Shown: piece after piece, positions 58,550-64,000 of the stretch
Layout: every line of letters starts with the position of its first letter
Position numbering within the stretch: position 1 is the stretch's first letter
Origin: Phoronis australis
Taxonomy: Eukaryota > Animalia > Phoronida
Assembly: GCA_002633005.1 (NCBI GenBank)
Contig: NMRA01000081.1
Span: 1,016,428-1,080,427, forward strand
Direction of reading: 5' to 3'
DNA length: 64,000 bases
The notes under the pieces: model-generated
What the model was told of the DNA's origin: nothing
Database searches by the model: none
Seen by the model: the letters and a program-made list of their open reading frames with translations, nothing else
Program-made: the position numbers and the translations under genes

Positions 58550-59047
58550 CAGGGCTTGGAATGACCAATGACAAAAAACGCGGAAACTTTTACGGCCCAA
58601 AACATGCGCGCTACCCAGCCTTGAAATAGCCGATGTGAACCTAACAAAAGTCGGTAGGACTAAAAAAAAATGTACCACCATCAATAGCATGCGTCTGCGT
58701 CTTTTTGTCTCGTCCATCCACTCCTCCACTCCCACCCCCACACCTTTTTGGCTGCAGAGCCATATTATTTGTCTCCGCGGTTTACAATCACACGAGACGC
58801 CATTGAAAATCCCGCCACGCTATCCCAGATGCCCCGGCAATGTTGACAATTTACGTTCCTCTGAAACATAAAGAGCAACTTCCGCTTTTCGAGGTGAACG
58901 TCGTCGGCAACGCCGCGGTAAGAAAGGAATTTGCCGCGGAAATTTTATATCAAATCCGATTTTTTATGAGGAAATATAATAAACTGCGTGGACAGAACAT
59001 TTGAAAAAAGCGGAAATCCGCGATTCCGCGGAAAATTCCAAGCCCTG
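58550..59047 (-). mobile_element. hAT-like MITE with 6-bp TSD, copy 2 (inverted relative to 45491-46003)
   Basis: Same TIR CAGGGCTTGGAAT, with GAAGTA duplicated on both flanks. The internal sequence is the reverse complement of copy 1. Confidence 0.92.
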
Positions 59048-59916
59048 GAAGTAACAAGAATTTTCCTCCCGTACTTTTAGTTCATGTCCATTTCACCAAT
59101 CGGTGAAAAGCCCTCCAATGGTCCTTCAGCAATGTTTAAGAGCTGAGGGTTATTGTTTACAATTCAACTCCATAAACGTACATACTTGATATTAATATTT
59201 TCTGAATTCTCTCGCCAGGGTTATCATTCCAAAAATGTATTACTCGTACCGATTAAGCTCTTCTTATTGATGCATTCATCGTTTTTACGAGGTGTTCATT
59301 TGCGGCAGCCGATCTCAAGTGACTGCCATTATAAAACTCCAACACCTGTCGGCAGGAATGATAACTACAACGATCATGCGTGTGTCAAAAAGACCCCAAA
59401 ATTGGCTAGTATGTTGAAGATACCGCGTGGCATGTTAGGGAAATTCTGAGTAAAAAACAGTAATAGTCATTTATAAAGGATTGCCTCTTCATAACTTCTT
59501 TAGAAAAACACGAGAGTGCGTGTTCTCGCGGACAAATGTCGTCCTCGAAAACACTTGACATCTCGCGGTTAACCGTTAGTTATCAATCCTGCCTACAGGT
59601 GTTGCCCTTTTAAAAATGGCTGCCTCACTAAATCCGCGTTGCAAATGAACGCCTTGGAAAAACTTGGAAATTGTGAATAATAATCGATCAATCAGTACAA
59701 GTAATACGTTTTAGGAATCACCATGACCAGAAGATTCAGAAAATAGTACTATCAAGTATGTACGGTAATAGGCAATGACCATCGCCTCTGTTGGCCTGAA
59801 CCAGAGGCGATGCAGAGGCTATAGGCGCTCTGTACGCCGGAAGCTTTTCGGCGAATTATGCCTCGCACCGACTAAACCATCAAAGTCACGTTGTTATAAA
59901 TACCTTTTGCGCATAG

Positions 59917-60439
59917 NNNNNNNNNNNNNNNNNNNNNNNNNNNNNNNNNNNNNNNNNNNNNNNNNNNNNNNNNNNNNNNNNNNNNNNNNNNNNNNNNNNN
60001 NNNNNNNNNNNNNNNNNNNNNNNNNNNNNNNNNNNNNNNNNNNNNNNNNNNNNNNNNNNNNNNNNNNNNNNNNNNNNNNNNNNNNNNNNNNNNNNNNNNN
60101 NNNNNNNNNNNNNNNNNNNNNNNNNNNNNNNNNNNNNNNNNNNNNNNNNNNNNNNNNNNNNNNNNNNNNNNNNNNNNNNNNNNNNNNNNNNNNNNNNNNN
60201 NNNNNNNNNNNNNNNNNNNNNNNNNNNNNNNNNNNNNNNNNNNNNNNNNNNNNNNNNNNNNNNNNNNNNNNNNNNNNNNNNNNNNNNNNNNNNNNNNNNN
60301 NNNNNNNNNNNNNNNNNNNNNNNNNNNNNNNNNNNNNNNNNNNNNNNNNNNNNNNNNNNNNNNNNNNNNNNNNNNNNNNNNNNNNNNNNNNNNNNNNNNN
60401 NNNNNNNNNNNNNNNNNNNNNNNNNNNNNNNNNNNNNNN
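59917..60439. other. Assembly gap (N run)
   Basis: Run of N. Confidence 0.99.
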
Positions 60440-61035
60440 CTCGCTGGTTCCCTGCGTGCTTAGCCCAGCCAGCACGCAGGTATCACCTAGTGGCACGTGC
60501 TTTAGCATTGGTCGATGTAATCTTGGCAGTCATTGGTTAGCTTTACAACACCGTGAAAAAATGGCGGACTGTGAACGATTTTTAGCAGAGACCGTAGCGT
60601 CTTTGTTTTTAGCCTTGTCGTTTGTGAAGTGATGTTTAATAGCCGCGTGCTTGAAGCACATACATGCACAATAAACACATATTATGTGTCCGATTTAACC
60701 GGTGTGTTATTCATACTGTATAAGGACACTATCGTAAACAAAAGTCATCGACAGTAGAAAGATGTATTCCGAAAAGACTCAATACAATTTCTAGTAGGCT
60801 TCACATTTCCTGAACATAATTTTAAGCACCGATTTGTCTGTACAACAGACCACCGTGACATTTACACTTCAGTCCATCAGTCATGCCAGTTTGTTTGCGC
60901 AAAGCGCTGCCTGTTGAGAATTCGACTAGCCAATCAGAAACGCCGGTGTAAAAAAATTTACAGAGGAAATTTAAGTGATACCTGCGTGCTGGCGCGGCTA
61001 CCGCCCCACCTAGCGGCACGCAGGGAACCAGCGAG
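60440..61035. mobile_element. MITE-like element (~600 bp) with hairpin-containing TIRs
   Basis: CTCGCTGGTTCCCTGCGTGC / GCACGCAGGGAACCAGCGAG (20 bp perfect) and inner GCCAGCACGCAGGTATCAC / GTGATACCTGCGTGCTGGC (19 bp perfect). The left flank is hidden by the gap. Confidence 0.8.
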
Positions 61036-62539
61036 TATATGTGGTGGCCAGGTGGAGTCACGTGACTTAAAGTCAAACATGGTGGACAGCGGTGAAAAAT
61101 AGGGGGTGTACCTGAAACCTGAAACTTTGCGTATGGTCTTTAATAAAGGTTTGTATAAATATTCCTTAAAACGAAAAGGTTGTTCTATGAGCTTCATTGT
61201 GCTTCCGCTGTTGTGTGAATACTTATCGGGCTAGTTGTATTTGTGCAATCGTTTCCTCTTCCCTTCTCGATTTTGAAAAGAGTGATGACTGTCTGATGTC
61301 TGGAAAGTGACGACGACGACGACGACGTTGCTTGTTATTGATTAGCACATGGTGTTTAATAGTGTTTCCGTGGAGTTAACAATTGTTAATTATGTGGTTT
61401 GTTCTCCAAATCAGACTTCTTGCCCTTTCACCGCATTTTGTCTCGTCTTGCCGATCCCTGACCTGGGTGACTGGTGTGTTGCAAGTTACACTGCGACAAA
61501 ACTTGCCAACTTTGGCAGCCAACAATTGATTGCAATGCGCTGAATATCAACCAAGTTCAGGGGTGAGTGTCTGTAGTTTGCTGTTCCCCGTCTTTACTCG
61601 ACCTAGGCTAGACAACACTACTGACTGTCTAAACTGGACCAGCGTTGCAGGCACAGATCTAATGATCATTACATAGCCATAGGGCCGCCATACATCGGAA
61701 GTTTCTAGGCAAATTATGCCTCACTCTGACCAAAACATCAAAGTTGAGTGACCAAATACTTTGGTAATTAAGACTTTGTGCCAATATGTTTCTTCGTTCG
61801 TCAGTGATGCCACTTTGCTTAAGTACGCAAGCACTAGTGAACTAGTGCAGATTAAGCAGTGTAGTGCATTTGTGACTGTCTTACTACCTTGATGTGATTT
61901 ATAAATTTACATGCTGTAGCAATGATTCAATCAATCAAAACAGAAATGGCTCAGTTTTTTATTTCAGTTATTGAACAAAGGACTGTTTGATACCCTTAAG
62001 AAACATTGATTGCGTGAGTATTTGTTTGAATTGGATGGGATTAAAGACATCAAAAGCCTTTGATGGTTTAGTCAGTGTGAGGCATAATTTCCCAAAAAGC
62101 TTCCGGCATGCATGCTACATTAGGGTGTGTTGTCGCCTACACTCAACCACGGCGAAGACTGGTCCAATGCGTGAAATTTGGCCATCAACCTCTTATAGTC
62201 TAAAACTCTTCATAAACCTCAAAAACACTGATTAACTACAGAAACTAGCATTGACACAGAATACCTCCTTAGAAGTCACTATACACTTTAGCTATTTGCA
62301 GATGTAAATTCAGTTGTTTATCACCATCTGCACGAAAATGCATTACTCGTACTCGGCCGTCTATGACCGTGTTCTTGCATTTCCAGCATTCACTACACTA
62401 GGTACCGCTAAGGTTTACAAAGAGATTTTACTATGAGTATGGTGGCATTTCAATCATGCTGATAACAAACCTTTAGATTTTGCAGCAATCCAAAATGCTG
62501 AGCGAAAGCTCTTGTGCTGCCAGGTGTATCCGTATACTG

Positions 62540-64000
62540 CCCATATGCGGGGTCTTTTTTCTAGAATAAGCACTTTTTTAAATCTAATCTTAGGCCATAC
62601 TGCTGAAATCGAGTCAAACAGTCAGTGTGGTTTTCAGAACTGATGCCCAACACTAATGTATCGTTTAGAAATGCTAATTGTTTCAGTTTAATCCCCGTAG
62701 TCGTAGACTCATGGCTCAACAGATTGTGCACTAGGGTCACCACACAACCCCAAATAGCATAAAATGAAGATGACCATATTTTGTAATAAAGACCAATAAG
62801 CATAATTTGCACCAAATTTGTTGCTAAACTAAACATTGGTGAGTAGGAGATCTTGGCATTTTACAATTGAAGGTAAGGGCCATGCGTCCTTCATGTTCAA
62901 ATTAGTTAATGCTGTGTATACTGGATACAGTAATGCACTGTGCTGTCAGGTTTGTGTATTAATACAGGAATGGCAGCCCTGTCACTCATTAAAGGTACAC
63001 GTACACCTGTATTTTACAAATCTTTGAATATTGTTCTTCCTCAGTCACAAAACAAGCAGATGTCTGGCGAATACCCATTCTAATAAGTTTTGCTGTCCCC
63101 GTATTTTATGTTGTATTGTCATGAAATTCCTTAAATCTAGATTATCAACAGCAAATGAATCTTCAAAATCAAGTAAAAGCTCTTGAGTTGAGACTTCTTG
63201 AAATTCTGAATTTAAATGAGCAGAGGATTTGTCAAATAATTAAGTAAGTTTCTTCAGTAAATCTCCCGACAGCGTATCAACACTCCCTTAAGTTTCCGTT
63301 ACCTTGGTCAGTTTTACCAAACATTACTCCTGAACCTGAGTTTTCATGGACAACAGGATTCTGCAGGTTCCTTAAGTTCCAATGGAGTAACTGTCAGTGT
63401 CACCTCATGCTTGGACAAGTTGAATATAAGATGAGATGAACATGACTGTAGGTCATGCACTGAATGAGGAATTGAGGTTCGCTGATCTAAAGTTAACGTA
63501 AGCTCAAATAGGATTGGCTGGTGGGATACATTGGGGAAATTGAGGACATCAACCTTTATAACTATGCTGGCGGGATTACAAATGGTCCCTTTTAATTGAG
63601 GGTGTCACCCTTCACAACTGTGTTGGCGAGAATACAGACGGTCCGTTTAAATTTCACTGAAGAGAGATACATATGTGGTATCCCACGTCATGATACGTGT
63701 TTCCCCATATGTTGTAAGCTTGTCCTCACTCATGTCCACAACACTCCCTAACTGCTTCATAACATCCAAATGCATCAGGCTACTATCATGAATATTGTAA
63801 TACTACCACTATATGGCGTACGCCTGTCTTAAGTACCTGCGTGATCTTATGTGTCTCAAAGGTATTACCAGAGACTTAAGGTACTGAATGGTCAGGCCAC
63901 ACGAGGCCATAACCTTGCCATGGTTCAAGGCTGCTATTGCTGCTTTGATGTCTTTGTTGGTTACATCAGCCACTTCATTACTTGGCGAAATAAATTTCGC
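62540..64000 (-). mobile_element. Highly decayed non-LTR retrotransposon (LINE) reverse-transcriptase fragments
   Basis: Minus-strand translations VTNKDIKAAIAALNHGKVMASCGLTIQYLK (~63870-63970; resembles pre-RT AIxxLxxGKAxGxDGL) and GIKLKQLAFLNDTLVLG...YGLRLDLKKC (~62570-62700; resembles LxFADD...GLxINxxK) occur in the expected order, interrupted by stops. Confidence 0.45.

Noticed and set aside
60561-60632. MADCERFLAETV.. as a gene start
   Set aside because: It lies inside the TIR-bounded element and terminates after 23 codons.

Overview
AT-rich eukaryotic genomic DNA with GT-AG introns and many transposon relics. The repeat landscape suggests a marine invertebrate, which is inference only. 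Three complete multi-exon genes were reconstructed by hand, with reading frames that stay in phase across every junction. They are acetyl-CoA synthetase ACSS2 (- strand, 15 exons, 3592-32667, ~692 aa), nucleolar protein NOL10 (+ strand, 19 exons, 32957-46332, ~691 aa) and COP9 signalosome subunit COPS5/CSN5 (- strand, 7 coding exons, 47943-54213, ~333 aa). ACSS2 and NOL10 are head-to-head with only 289 bp between start codons, and NOL10 and COPS5 are convergent. Introns and flanks hold non-autonomous DNA transposons (Tc2/pogo-like, hAT-like, Harbinger-like, and Kolobok-like with a THAP remnant), a tRNA-like relic, palindromic elements, a hairpin-core satellite, a decayed LINE-type RT and three N-gaps. 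The most unusual pattern is tandem repeats seeded exactly on splice junctions in all three genes. They copy the exon end plus donor, or the acceptor, into the intron and create decoy or potentially poison splice sites. There is no prokaryotic system or CRISPR array. Most short ORFs in the supplied track are spurious.
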